Shown piece after piece: positions 1-13,747 of a DNA stretch of 64,000 nucleotides. Source of the DNA: Lingula anatina (lineage: Eukaryota > Animalia > Brachiopoda). The first letter of the stretch is position 1, and every line of letters begins with the position of its first letter. The notes below the pieces were generated by a model that searched no databases, was not told the origin of the DNA, and was given only the letters and a program-made list of their open reading frames with translations. The translations under genes were made by a program, and so were the position numbers. Location: assembly GCA_051362555.1 (NCBI GenBank), contig CM120643.1, forward strand, positions 1,736,001-1,800,000. Reading direction: 5' to 3'.

Positions 1-2738
1 CGCGCCTGACTGAGTGAATTCTGATTTGGCAAATGTGGAACGTAGCCAACACCAACACAGAGATACCGTAGAGTCCTTATAGCACTCAGGACTATATGCT
101 CTTTATCTGAGCGGAGAAGTCTCACAAGTGAATGAATGCCATTGGCATTGCCAATTTCTGTCTGTTTATTTAACGCCCCACGAGATAAGACCCCTAACGC
201 CTCTGAGCCAATAAGATGCAGCTTCTCTGACCCCGTGCTCAAGAACTCGATTAGTGTCTGTACGCCAATAATACTAGCCATGGAGCGTTGCTCTTCAATA
301 TAGTCTCCAGCCTCCGCCCACAGGGCAGCCGCCGTTTTCTCCTGAACACGCTCGGCTCGGCTTTTCTTGAGCAAGTTATTCAGAGGAATCAAGGCGCCCT
401 CCTCTTTGATAGTCTTCTGAGTCGAGCTGTTATTCTCGGCTAAATACCTTATGGCATCAACAGCCGACAGCTGCAGGTCTCTGTTTTTGAGACCAGTGAG
501 CGTGATGATGTGCGCGGCACCGCCCTCCTCCACAATGGCGTTCTGGTTGTTTTTATTGTTACAAGCAATCTTACTGATGCTGATAGTCAAAGCCATGAGT
601 AGATCCTGGTTTTGCGCCTCTTCTAAGTGTCCCACCAGGGCTTGGACACACCCTGACGTGTTTCCTATGGTTCCTTGGTGGGCCTCTCCCGCCTCAGCGA
701 TAAATCCCAAGCAATACACACACTCCACAAGAACCTCAGGGTCTCGGACAGTTTGAATGACCTTGACCAAGTTGGGAATGGCTCCTGCTTGAGCAGCTTG
801 GTCTGCCAGCTCCGTGATCCGGGAAACCTCTTTGAGGACCGTAGCCGCCAACTGTACTATGAAATTATTGGACGATTTCAAAAGTCTAACCAGTGCTGGG
901 ATGCCACCAGAGGACGCCACCTGTTCCTTTACAACATCCTCAGGGATGAGGTTTATCAGACAGTGTAATGCTTCTGTCTTAGCTCTGTCGCCAATCTGAC
1001 TTTTTATGACCTTCACAATGATTGGAACGCCACCGTTATCGACCACCGCCTTCCAGTTGGGGTGCATTCCCTCGGAACTCCCCTGAGTAAGAGTACGTAG
1101 ACATTTCCCCGCCGACTCAGCCTCATCTTCAACTTCCGAAGATAGGTAGTTCAGTAAACGTTTCCAAACTGGAAGATCCTCAAAGTTCTTTTCCAGAAAG
1201 AAATCTAGAATCTCAATAAAATGCTTGTTTGCTGACAGCTCCACAACACCATGATTCTGGTTGTTGATGGCATTCACCTGATGAAACAGTAAAATGAACA
1301 ATGTACAATATATCTATTAAGGGTAATTTTTCATCAAATTTATTTTTTTTTACATAAATTTTTCTTTGACAAAGTTATTGTGTCAAACATGAAAAAGATG
1401 ATTCCAACATTTTAAAAAAGGTGATTTTCATGTTAGAAAGTGTATGTTTTTATAAGTACTATAATGAGAAATCTTTGTAACCCCCCCCCCCCAAATAAAA
1501 TAACAATACTAACAAAAATTTTTAACAAAAATAAAATAGAAATAAGTAAGCCATGTGTTGTTACTTGAGTCATCACTGTAATAAATTATTCATTTGTTTA
1601 TTTTTAGGACCTACATATAGCTTTTATAAATGCCATTACTAGAACAAGTAAAAATGAATTATATTCTCAACATAAAGATTACTTATATTTAATTTTGCTT
1701 ATCTTCCACAAAACCTGGTCACACTGCTTTCCTGAAAATCCTACCTTGGCACCAAGGGAGATAAGACACTCAACCGTCTCCTTGTTTCCATTGGTCACTG
1801 CCAGTAATAGAGGCGTAGAGCGATACTCATCTTCTGTCTCCAACTCCAACTGGTCCTTATTGGCATTGACGAACCTCTCGATGGATTTTATGAACCCTCG
1901 GAAGGCGGCATGATGGATGTGGTACCATCCGTTCTCGTCTTTCTCATTCATAGTTGCTGCTAGACGGGTCGCAGCAACTGTTTGCTGGGCTCTGGATTGA
2001 AAGAAAATGAAAAAATCAGGTCATGAAATACTTAATATTAAAAAAATACACTGTTTTCCTGAAACAAAATATATTTTAGTAATTGTTTATCAAAATTAAG
2101 ATCTAAATAACTAGTAAAGACTGCTGAGAGTCCATCAATGGAAGACAATATAAAGAAATGGAACAAAAACTGAGAGTTGTTGTTTAGACGTCAAAACCAT
2201 TCGAAATTAAAAGAGCATACACTGTATGGATTAAGGCTGCGTGCTCAACAATATTCTATCCAATATCCTTTGTAATTAAAAATATATTTGTTTTCAAAAA
2301 GTACTCAATACTTGACATGATAAATGCATAAACCATAGCACCTGACTACCAATAACAGCTAATCTCGTATAATGTGTTGGCATGTTTTCTCAAAACATCC
2401 TCAAAAACATTAACAACAACACAGGATAACAAGACCATATACATGTACACTAGATATTGTCAACAAAGATTTTTAAACATGCCCGCTTCAATAAAAACTA
2501 AATTCACTTAAGATATTAAGATACTAAGATATGCAGCACTGAGGTGAAAGACTTACAAAACTTTAAACCCTCTACTAGATATTCTTAACAAAGAGTTTTT
2601 AGACATTCTACTGCCTGCCTCAATATAAAACAAAATTCAGATTCAAATTAAGATATTTTAGCAATAATACCAAGATATGTAGCATTTGAGATGAATGACT
2701 TACAAAACTTTAAACCCTTTACCACGACAGTCAGCCAT
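1..2738 (-). CDS. Ankyrin + armadillo repeat protein (ANKAR-like), 5' part; continues off the left edge
   Basis: Coding exons 2738-2704 (MADCRGKGFKVL), 1991-1745 (AQQTVAATRLAATMNEKDENGWYHIHHAAFRG...TPLLLAVTNGNKETVECLISLGAK, ankyrin) and 1277-1 (VNAINNQNHG...NGGVPTIVKVIK...SGGIPALVRLLKS, ARM repeats). GT-AG junctions are in frame. Probable 5'UTR exon ends at donor 4481-4486. Confidence 0.8.
2450..2724 (-). repeat. Diverged ~145-bp tandem duplication spanning the ANKAR-like first coding exon end and donor
   Basis: GACTTACAAAACTTTAAACCCT occurs at 2550 and 2697, and the adjacent intron sequence also aligns. Confidence 0.8.
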
Positions 2739-3093
2739 TTTCTGTTTAACTACCAGAGAAAAACACAAATATTTCAAGTTGCAATAAAAGGCAACATTAT
2801 ACCCAGGGAGGAATTCAGGGGATGCAAAACTAATCCAAACCCCTAATAAATTACAGCTTGTATTTGTTAAAAGGCTGCAATAACTGTGTGACTGTTATTT
2901 ATATCTGTGCCCTGACAGCCAGTACACATAAACACGTGGAGGTAGTACACAGCAATATATAGTACACCAAGATCAGTCCACTTGGACACTGACTTAAACC
3001 CTGACTTGTGGGGCTTAGATTACATCGCTAGACTAAAAAAAAGTAAAAATATGTAAAAATAAAAAAAGGAAAAGGAAAAAAAAATAGAATGAA

Positions 3094-3163
3094 ATAATAT
3101 AATATAATATAATATAATATAATATAATATAATATAATATAATATAATATAATATAATATAAT
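3094..3163. repeat. (ATATA)n microsatellite
   Basis: Direct reading. Confidence 0.95.
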
Positions 3164-4529
3164 AATTTGTGATATATCATTTTACACCTATTTATGTAGT
3201 TGTATTAAAAGCAGTTGGAGCTTCGTACTCCACTTTGGGAAGAGCTACATTTACTCTGCTGGCTAAGACATTAAAACAGGAGCTTATTTGTTACATATGC
3301 ATGTGTTCTTAGGAACTTTTCTAATTCAGTAATTTACTAAATTGGACTCATCAACTTTGAGACATTGACAATGTAAATAGTCTGGAAATATTTGGTGTCT
3401 ACTATTACAGTCTATATTAAATACATGTATTGAGCACAGATTTGCAAATAGAAAACTACCCTTTAAAATAGGTTTTTTGATGGTGTCTCATCAAAGTTGC
3501 CAAAACAATTACTGAGTACATATTAGATGGATATTCTACTGACAATTGCCAAATGAAATGGCATTTCATTCAAAATTATTTTCAAAAGGGATACCAAATT
3601 AATTATGTAAGGTTCAAAAACGCATCATTGGAATTTAGAATGTATAATTTTATGATAATTTATACAGTGAGGGACTGGATATTTGTGTGACCATATATTT
3701 GGTAAGCACAAAGCTAAAATTATTTTCATTCCTCTCATTCTTTTTTTACTATCCATCAACAAATTATGTTTTTTGGCCCTTAGCTGGTACAGTATGTTAT
3801 CATGAAGAACACGGTGTTAAAAACCTAAATTTTATAATAAATAGTGATCAGATATCACACTTCCATCAATGGCAAACTGCATTAGAACTCTTCACCAAGT
3901 AAAATTCAATAAAAATATAATATTATTATATAATATCTCGAGCTCAAATACCAGGTAACGGTGAATTAATTGGGGGGCTTCCCCTTTGCACCTCTTAAAT
4001 AATGACATCATAAGAATAACAGTGAAACCTTTAATGATTTCAAGCCATCTTACGGTATTGCCATGTTATATCGCAGCCCAAGCTACCATAAAGACACTCG
4101 ACTCAAGACCATAAAGCCATAATATCGTCAAGAACTCTTCACTTCAGTGTCTTCTCTGGAGATGTAGTCGCCACTTTATGTACCCCTTATCGACTCAAGG
4201 ACTTCATTCTTTAAACAGTAGTTATCCCTGTTTGTAAACGTACAGCTTAAAGTACCCTGTACCAAGGCCTACTTACGGGACGAAATTCTGGCCCCCGTTT
4301 TTTTATTTAGGACTCTTCAATCAAAACTTGATCACAGCTCCAACATGCAAACAGCCTTCAGGGAAACAAAGTAAGAAACATCGTTTTTGTATTTGTCCCC
4401 AATGGCGTCAGTGTTGTTGCCTTCTAAAATGGATACTTTGTGTATTTCCTTTGCTAAGTTTCGGGGCAATTATACTATTTACTCACCTTTCGAGCCTTTG
4501 ACAAGTTCCGGATATTAATGTTCTTCTAC

Positions 4530-4610
4530 AAACCCGCTTGACTTGGCAACAACCTGCTCATTGTTTCCGCAGTCGCGCGTTTCTCGCGATCTGATTGGTC
4601 GCTATGTAAT
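4530..4610 (-). promoter_or_regulatory. Putative ANKAR-like promoter: RFX half-site and CCAAT box
   Basis: CTTGACTTGGCAAC at 4537-4550 and CTGATTGGTC at 4591-4600, in a CpG-enriched patch upstream of the UTR donor. Confidence 0.4.
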
Positions 4611-6420
4611 CAATAGTTGGGTAGACGGTGCTGCCGTCTCGCGGAAAACAAAAGAATCTACTGTAAATCATATGACAAGGCATACATATCATTTACAATA
4701 TTAAATCATTAAATTAGAAATGAAATGAATAATTGAATCCACGTGCAAGGAAGGGGTTGACAACAACTCAATTGCTTTTTTCCCCCCACAAGGAAAATTC
4801 ATTTTGGCAGGTAAATCCAATACAGACTTTTGATTAAAATCACTTTTATGATATTAAGTACATGCATACTGTACAGTAGATACAGTGTAGCATTAAAATG
4901 TTGAAATAGACAATTAAGGAAGTCAAAATTTGAATTCTGAGGCTAATTCTACAATTTTGTCCTAATGATTATAGGAAAATGAAAGGCTGTTTTTAGTGAG
5001 CAGGGATAATGGGAATACACAGCTATGTAATCAATCAAAAGAACTTAAAAATAATAAATTAAAATTAAATTTTAAAAAATTAAATTTTATGCATGAGAGA
5101 GAGAGACAGATATAGAGAAGTGAGAGGAGGAGAGGTATAAAAAACAAAGTATCATTTACTGTTATATAATTGTTTTATATTAAATTTTATTTTATATTAA
5201 AATAAACACATTTTATTGCTCCAGCAATATACTAATGTAAAAAAAGCCATTTAAAACATATACTTGAAGAATTTAACATATTATAATCATTTCCATTTTG
5301 ATGATAAACTAATGATAAAACATCACAGGTGATTTCACTAACAAGTGTTTGCTAAAACAGAATACATATACTCTGAGAAAAAGTTACAGAAATTCAAGTT
5401 TTTTTTAACAACATAATTCTTCATTTCACAACCACTTTCACTAAAATCAACTGATGCTGATTGAAATAAAATTAAATTCATGATTGATTTTCAGTTTTAA
5501 TCTGAAAAATATGTATCACATTAATTTACCATGATTGGTTTTATAATTCTATCACCTTGAAATTTTCCACTTTCTGATTCAAAAACTTAAATAATTTATC
5601 ACCACTTTATTTAGTATTCCAAATCTGGACTAAAATAATACAGATTTCATCATTTGTCTTAATACAAGAAGGCACCATTGAAGTTTTTTTTTTTTTTTTT
5701 TTTTTTTGCTTTCACTTAAGACACAAAAGAAAGCTTTAAAAGATACCACAGATGTGACATCTAAATCACTTTCCACAACCTTAAACTGCATCTTTATCTG
5801 AATAAATTAAAGTTAAACTTACTATGCAACAATGACATGTGAGGAAAAGCTCCCCAAATTGCAATAATCCATGTGCTGGCTTTCATCAGAAATAATCATT
5901 CTAACAAATACATTTGATTTCATCACGATGCAATGTACCACACAATAAATCTGTTTATTATTTTTCTGACTTATAGTCTAGATTTTTTAATCAACTGATC
6001 CCTCCATAGAAACATATGACAAAAATTTATAAGATTTCTTCAGCTAGCAAAACAGTAAATCACAAAAAAAAAATGGTATAACTGTATAAGGGAGGGTATC
6101 GGGGGTTGCAGAAGCCAGGTTCTACACAAATTCTATTTCATCTTTTTGTGAACTGCTCCACTGTAATACCATGTTTGATTGGTTGGTTAGAAGGGAGTGT
6201 TTGATTGGTTGGTTAGGAGGGAGGGCTGAATTATACTTTCTGCAATTTAATCTCAAGATCAAGAATTTTGTCGTGATGCATTATAATGATTCATATGGCA
6301 GGAAGTGGGAAGATTTCCAACTGGAATTTTTTTCTCTTCATATCTATTGTCCTGTCATGATATTACTGGTTGTCCCATCTTAATCTTCTCCAGTAACTCC
6401 ATCTATTTTTAATTGTCCTG

Positions 6421-9400
6421 TCATGATATCACTGGTTGTCCCATCTTAATCTTCTCTAGTAACTCCATTTCTTTCTTCATGAGCCATTCATCATATGGGG
6501 TTCTCTGGCGCTCCTTGGGCTTGTATTTCTCTTTGATCTAAATTGGGAAAAAAATCAATGATTAGTAACTTTGGTTAACAGACTTAGTGGATCACTATGA
6601 AAGCATACAGTATTTGGTTATTGGCCAAACAAGGCATACTTCTGGCATTTATACCCATAGTTGTTAGAATGGCAGAGTTTCTTTAGAGTGAATTCATTTA
6701 CTTGTTAAAAAGTTAATATACTTTTTAGATGTTTTATAGTTATTTGAAGGTTATAAAAAATAGTCACTGGTTCACTTATGAAAATTATGCGTAAAAGTGA
6801 AGAGACTTTCTCATTTGCTTGACATTAGTAAAAAACATAAGTTTATATACATAACTTAAGTAAAAACAGACTGTAATAAAATGGTTTAAGATGAAAAGAG
6901 TGCAAAATTCAAAAGAAGCATCTCTAAACAGAACATGCATTAGAGTCACACCCCACATTATTTTATGACCCAATCAGAAAGTTTAGGAATCAATTATATC
7001 AAATAATACAGTGTACATGTATATCATTTCAAGATTCTTGTTGTTTTCCTTACTGAGAAAAAAAAAAAAAAAAAAAAGAAGAAAATTAACTTGTAACCTG
7101 AACCAAACTAATCAGTAAGTAAACAGAAAAAAACTTTTTAAAAGCCACCTTACACAAAAAATAGAAGTGCATTTGCACATGCATTGAACTAAAGGATGTG
7201 CGTGCTAAGGAATATCATGAATGAACCCCAACTGGCAGAAAAACATTCATATTTTATGGCCATGCTGTTTACCTGCTTACTCCCACTCATCAACAAAATA
7301 CACAAACTGTAAAAATTGAGGCATGTTAGTATACGTAAGCATGTTGTTAATACAAAAGCTCACAGGTCAGAGTCAATATGTTATACATGTACATAAAAAT
7401 CAACAATCAGGGGCAGACATAGGCTGTCTTCTGGGTTTTCCAAAAGATGGTCAGAATTTTCAAGTTACATTGAAGGGCAACTGATTTTTTCTTTTGGAAG
7501 ATGGACAGACAAAAATAATTTGGAAGACTGTCAGAAAAAAATATATCCGGATCTGCCCCTGACAATATCAATGATATCTGTCATGAGCGACAAGATTGGG
7601 TGGGGTTTCCCCTACTCTCTACTGGGGCCACAGATGGATATTTCACAAGATATTCACATATATGACTGACAACTTCTTGAAAATTTTTCTACAGTAAGAA
7701 TTGTCCAGATAGAATTTTAGGATTTAATTAATGTATTAAGTAGGAATCGAACAGATTTTAGACACAAGTAAAGTACATGTATATATCAGCTAGCTTACAG
7801 AATTTAAGTTAATTTTATGCAAACATTGACAAATTCTGTAGCCATATCTTGAAGCAAAAAAAAAAAAAAAAAATGAATTTGACATTTTATTTAGTTAGCC
7901 AAAAGCAAACTCCATGTTGACAAGGGTGACAAAATAATTCTTACCTCAGCCACTTGTTTCTCTTTCTCCTGTAACCTGTCTGGGTTATGTCTCTTCTTCA
8001 CAGCTTCTTTTTTGACATATTTCTCTTTCTCCTGCAGCCACTGGTCATATGATGCTTCCCGTAGAAGCTTTTCCCTCGCTCTGTGAATAAAATGAAAAGA
8101 TGACTCATGATCAGCAAAGATGGAAAATATCACGACACGTAATGTACAAAGGTTCTTTTGATGGCAGGAATAAATAAAATAAAGATTTGTATATGAAATA
8201 TGAAACATTATGACTGAACCTGCTCTTGCTTGCATCAGATCAAGAGAAATCAGTTTGGTGGAATTTTATACCACTTACTCCAATTCCTTTTCTTTCCGTT
8301 TTTCTTCCTCTAATAACTTTTGATCTTCTATTTGTCTTGCCTCTTGATCTTTCTTCACTTTTAACCAATCATCAAAAGTCTTTGGACTAGCTTTGGATTT
8401 GTCATCAATGCTACAAGAAAAAAAAAACATAGTAATCAAATTAATATCTTTTAATGTTGAACATGATATAAAAGTATTTCGAATACATTAAGCTTTTATT
8501 TACCAGTATAAATGCTTTTCATATAAATCTGTCATGTTAAAGTTAATTTATTTTCCACATAATTAGTGATTTTTGCACTATTGTAAAATTGCACGCTGCT
8601 GAAGTGCTTGTGTTGTACTGTAATTTTACAGAACTGGATAAATAATAAATAATTATATGTACAGTAGGTCTGATATGACTACAGAATTTCACTCACTCTG
8701 AGCCTTTGCTAAACCCATAACTCCTAGACCTTCCACTGGACTTGCCACTCATCGGAGTCTTGGGCACCCCACTCACAGATTTAGAAGGGCTCCCATGGGA
8801 ACTCCTTGTGCCGGTCCCACTGCCTCTAGAGGGGCGGGGATTCCCTTTCTCATCCACGGGGCTCCCATACAATTCTGTGTGCTCTCTGTCACTTGCACCA
8901 GATTTGGCAGATTTTGGATTTCTGGAAGTTGCTGCGCTACCTGACATGCTGCGCTCTTCAATGGCCGGCATCTTGGGAGAGCCTCGGCCTCCTATCTTTA
9001 CCTCTGAAAGTTAGGTACATGGTGTTTGAATATAGCTGACACATCTGAGAATTTATGATAAAATATTTGACTGATGATATACAGGCATTGGTGGATTATT
9101 TAAATTATGGGCCTAACATAATATGTGTGTCAATAAAATAAAATAAAATAAAAAATAAGAAGAAGACGAATCCTCCCACTTCCCCTTATGCCATTTGACT
9201 TTTTAAATTACATGTGCACTGTATCAGCCCCGGTGAGCTGGTGATCTTACTCTTATTAGCCAGTGATTTGAGGTAATCTTTGTGCCTGTTGGCCTCTGCC
9301 TCTATCTCCATCACATTTTTCAATGTCTCTGTTCCAAGATCAACCTGGAAGACCAGGAAATATGTGTTATGGCGAACATAATGAAAGAAGTGTTCATTAA

Positions 9401-12400
9401 TTCTTGAGAATAAAATGGTAATTACTCTCATTATGTTGTTCATAAGAATAAATAAAAGAAAAGGTTCAAATATAAAGATACTCACATTGTGAGCAAATTA
9501 CTAATAAATATTTTTCAATTACTATCAACCATATTTGGCTGAATTTTATACATACCTGTATGTCTTCTTCTTTTGATTTATTTGACTCCCTGGATCCTTT
9601 TTCTCTTTCTTTTGGGGCTGAGCTCGGGCGCTCTTTATTTCGAGGAGCATGAAAAGCTGTTCCTTCAAATTCCCCTGGAGGAAGTATTTTTTGAAAATAA
9701 ACCTGCCCATGGTTGCCATGCAACCAGACTGGAAACTTGGAATCGAAGAACTGATGGGCCATTAAAGGAATGTCCTGGAAGCTGGGTTTTGTCTTTTTTG
9801 CGCGTTCCTGCCAGCGGAACAAAAATAGGTGGCGCTCACATCCTTTGTGTCCAAACTTGGTGGCTATCTGTAGGGCAGAATCACCAAACTGATCTGCTGC
9901 ATTGATATTAGAACCTTTAAAGATGAGAAAGAGATGAGAGAAATGTAGTAAATTATAGATTTATTTTAATTCTTTTTTTTTTATTGCAATAGAAAAAAAG
10001 CAAGTACATAAATTTTACAAGCACACAATATTCATTACAATACCAAAGTCCACAAGGATTTAACGTATAAAAAAATTAGTCAATAACTTGTATACATGCA
10101 ACTACACAAATCCATATATACCTATCCATTTCTGCCATATAACATTGAATTTATCTACGTCTTGAGATACAATGTATTTTTGCTTATAGATTTTGTATAT
10201 ATTTTCTAAATAAAATTGAAGTTTTGTGAGCAACAGTGCGTCTTTCTGACATTTTGTTTTGTATATGAAAAACTTAATGTGTATAGTCATAATATCTTAC
10301 GCCAAGTAGAAGCATGGTTAATTTCTTGTAATATATATTTAAATTTCAGTAATATACAGTTTATTTTAATTGACATTAATGAACGTAATGTATCCAATAT
10401 TTTAATTCTTTGTAGTAGCATATACTGGTACATATACTTCTACCTGATACACTCTGTCCCTTTTTTTATATATAATCACTCAGTGTTTGAGGGGTAAGAA
10501 TTAACTGACAGGCCCATAGCCTATATAGGGGGGTTCAGGGGGTATGATGGAACCTTGCCTTGAAAAGGTCTGCTCTGGGTAAAAATTGATCTAGATACAG
10601 GTAAGTTTCATGATAAAAGGTCCACTTTTTCAGAAAAAAAGACCCCTCCTCCCTTTGAAATTGCCAGGTATGGACCTGTTTAACTTCAGTTTAATGTGGT
10701 CCAAAGCTTACAAAATCATGTATCAAATGTTTTTTCACTATTTTGTAACCTTTTTCAAAACTGACTCACAACATTCATTTTAATATTACCTTTTTCTAGC
10801 AACAAATCAACAATTTTCCCATGTCCTTGAGCTGCTGCCACATGTAATGCTGATCGGCCTTTTGGAGTTTGAGCATTGACATTGGCACCTAAAATACAAA
10901 TAATACAAGCTACAGCAACATTTCATCAGAATGAAGAGCTTTAAATGTCATAAAATAACCCAAACATCAAGCAATACAAATGTCTTGCGATCACAATAAA
11001 ATTCCTTTAAAGTCATTTAGACCAATTAATTCACAGAGTTTCTTAATTAGCATTAAATTAAAACAGTTTGCATGCCAGTGAAATATGTAAGATACAATGT
11101 ACTTTATGCAGATTAATCTGAGCCCAGCTTAGTTTTATCTTAACTCCTTCAGACTGCTCCTAACTCTAGGAGTAAATGCAATAACTGGTACTTTGCATCA
11201 AGCCTCTGTGTGATATGGTCAGTAGATAAACTGAGGAATACCACAGGTCCTACAAATGATCTAGACATGATCAAATTTTCAACTTTCTCTCATAGTTTCA
11301 AATTATTGGATTAGGTGCAAAAGCAGCTTTAGTTGTAACAAGGGTAGCCTTTCTTTACCTGCCTGAATGAGTTTCTGAACCATCTTCAAGTGACCTCTGT
11401 GTGAGGCAATGTAGAGGGCAACAAATGCTCTCTCTGCAATCCACACCGCCTTGTTTTTACTGCCCATGTATTCTGAGTTGGGGGTCTTAAAGTCTGTTTT
11501 GTTACTCACTCCCATCTTCATCACCTACATAGGAAACATAATACAATACAATACAATACAATACAATACAATACAATACAATACAATACAATACAATTAT
11601 TCACTGGTATAGTGCTAATCCATTTGTTCATAAGGCTGACAACCAGAACAATTTTAATTAAACAAGAGATTGAAATATCTATGGAGCAATGAGATTTCTC
11701 TGGTTTTCACAGGTTGTCAGGGACCCCTAAATGTCTTAATGTAGTTTTAGAACTTCCGTAAGAGTGTAGGCAGAATCTTGTTCATGAAGTTTATTGTCAT
11801 TGTTTAATCGAAGCCAGTTTGATCAGTCACTGCCTAGAAGGGCGTGGAGGTGGCCAAGTGACCTCTAATTTAATTAAGTTTTATTCAGACGGTCGAGGAG
11901 TGACCGGTAATTTGAGTTAACCATGTTACTTGTATACCTGCATATAAGCCAGGTGGGAAACGTTATTCGAGAGAACTGATGTTAGACTTCAATGAGACAT
12001 GGCGATTGTAATACTTGTTATACATCAGAATTAAATATTTATTAATAGTTAGAAACTTTACACGGGACTTGAGTTCGTTCTCTCACACGTTTACTTGCAT
12101 ATATACAGACCTCGAACTTAAGACGAATTGAACTGCGATCGTAATCGATCGGCGGCTAATATTGCGTTAAGTTAACATCAGGTCGGTCCGATGTATTTTA
12201 ACTCAAATATTGATAATATGTTGTGGTAAACTATTACTAGCATTTCACATTATCAAAACCTGCAATAAAAAATTTAATGAAAACAAACAAACAAAAAATA
12301 TATTTCACAAAATACTCACGGCTTCAACATCATTAGAAGCTGCTGCCTCCACCAAGTTTTTCCACATGTGCCACACTTTGAGAGCCAGCGTACCCCCAGG

Positions 12401-12964
12401 AACTATGTCATTATATCTGATATCTGTATCATCTTGCAGGTCACCTACAATGTCATACAAGACTTTGTCACAACAGATGAATTCTACATTTTTATGTTTC
12501 CCTAAACAATATGAGCACAGGCATGCATACCTATATGTAAAAGCTTGGCTTTTAATGAAGATACAAGAAAACAGTAAAATTGTACAAAAATGACTTAAAA
12601 TTTGAGTTATTATTAAATTGTGAAAATTTTAAAATAACACAGTAGAAAATTTATAAATCCTCCATCCATTTTTTTCTAGGGATGGGAGGGGGGACATGGG
12701 ACACAGAAAAACAAAAACAAAAACAAAAACAAAAAAAAAAAAAAAAAAAAACAGCACAGGGACTTTACCTTCATCCAGATAATTCAGCCTTTGCATGTGA
12801 TATGGAATTCCTGCAGCAAACTCAATATAACTCTTCAGTTCACTGATCTTCATGTCTGGTGTGATGTTCTTCAGAGGAAACACTTCTCCAGTTTCAAGCC
12901 TCACATTCAGGTTAAAGTTTGAATGTTTGGCGAAAAAGTTCACTTTTTTATTCTTATTTGCCAT
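6421..12964 (-). CDS. ANKRD60-like protein: ubiquitin-like domain, ankyrin repeats, low-complexity/charged C-terminus; 10 coding exons
   Basis: Exons 12964-12769, 12444-12320, 11524-11359, 10888-10790, 9914-9556, 9344-9251, 9003-8697, 8410-8279, 8080-7945 and 6537-6421 (TGA), all GT-AG and phase-consistent. Ubl (LKSYIEFAAGIPYHMQRLNYLDEGDLQDD) precedes ankyrins (ALYIASHRGH, GRSALHVAAAQGH, GDSALQIATKFGH). Confidence 0.8.
7408..7561 (+). mobile_element. MITE family A (CAGGGG...CCCCTG termini, 5-bp TSD)
   Basis: TSD ACAAT on both sides; paralogs at ~20004, 38235, 45118 and 62014. Confidence 0.8.
11538..11597. repeat. (AATAC)n microsatellite
   Basis: Direct reading; immediately upstream of an ANKRD60-like acceptor. 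Confidence 0.95.
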
Positions 12965-13479
12965 ATTGTTGTCTTCTTTTGGTGCAGTCTTGTTGTTTTG
13001 TTTCTAAAATGAAAGTCATCTTAATACTGTATGATTATAAAACTGGAAAAAACAATAAACTAAAATTAATTTGGTGTTGGACCTTACGTTCTAACAAGGT
13101 GTTTCTGTCAAAAATCTCCTACAGTACATAAATTGCTGTGATAAGTTATGCCTACAGGCAGAATAATAAATGCATCTTATAGAAAAGACTGACAACCCAC
13201 TCTTTAATGACATATGCAGAGGAGTTATGAAGCCATCAATGTCAATGACAGAATGTAAATACAGTGTACGTGTTCAGTAACAAGTTACCGCAGTTGAGAA
13301 GGTCAAATCAATGAACCAGCATTATTAAGTGTTATCAAAATGCCAAAAACTGAGAAGCTTACCAGTAGTAAACCACAATGATCTTGTTTGATTCTTTGTG
13401 TGGCATCATTGTCATTTTTTACATTTTGGGTATTTTAGTCCAAAATATGTGAAAAGTTTCTTGTGTTTTTCAAGCACCT

Positions 13480-13747
13480 GCTTCTAAGCCGCCATGTTGT
13501 TTACATATTCTCACCGTAGCAACTAATCTAAATAATTTTACAAAGGCTGCTGTAAAATCATACCCAAATTACGGAATAATAAATGAATATAATTCTAAGT
13601 GTTTTGAACATAACCAGATTTAATATTTCACATAATAATTTCACAAAAATGTTAGTAACTGCGGTACTATCTGAAAGCCGACGCTTCTAGTGCCCGGATG
13701 TTATGTAAAGGTAGACGTTTTGTAAGTTTAACAACAAATACCCGACA
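13480..13747. promoter_or_regulatory. Bidirectional promoter region, ANKRD60-like / NDUFV2
   Basis: Minus-strand UTR exon donor at 13357-13362 and NDUFV2 ATG at 13748; YY1-like GCCGCCATGTT and RFX half-site GTAGCAAC at ~13488-13523. Confidence 0.55.

Noticed and set aside
9711-9727. X-box-like palindrome GGTTGCCATGCAACC
   Set aside because: Lies inside a coding exon (WLHGNH); likely incidental.
11730-12185. Possible solo LTR (TG...CA, TATA-like and ATTAAA motifs)
   Set aside because: No matching TSD or second copy could be identified.
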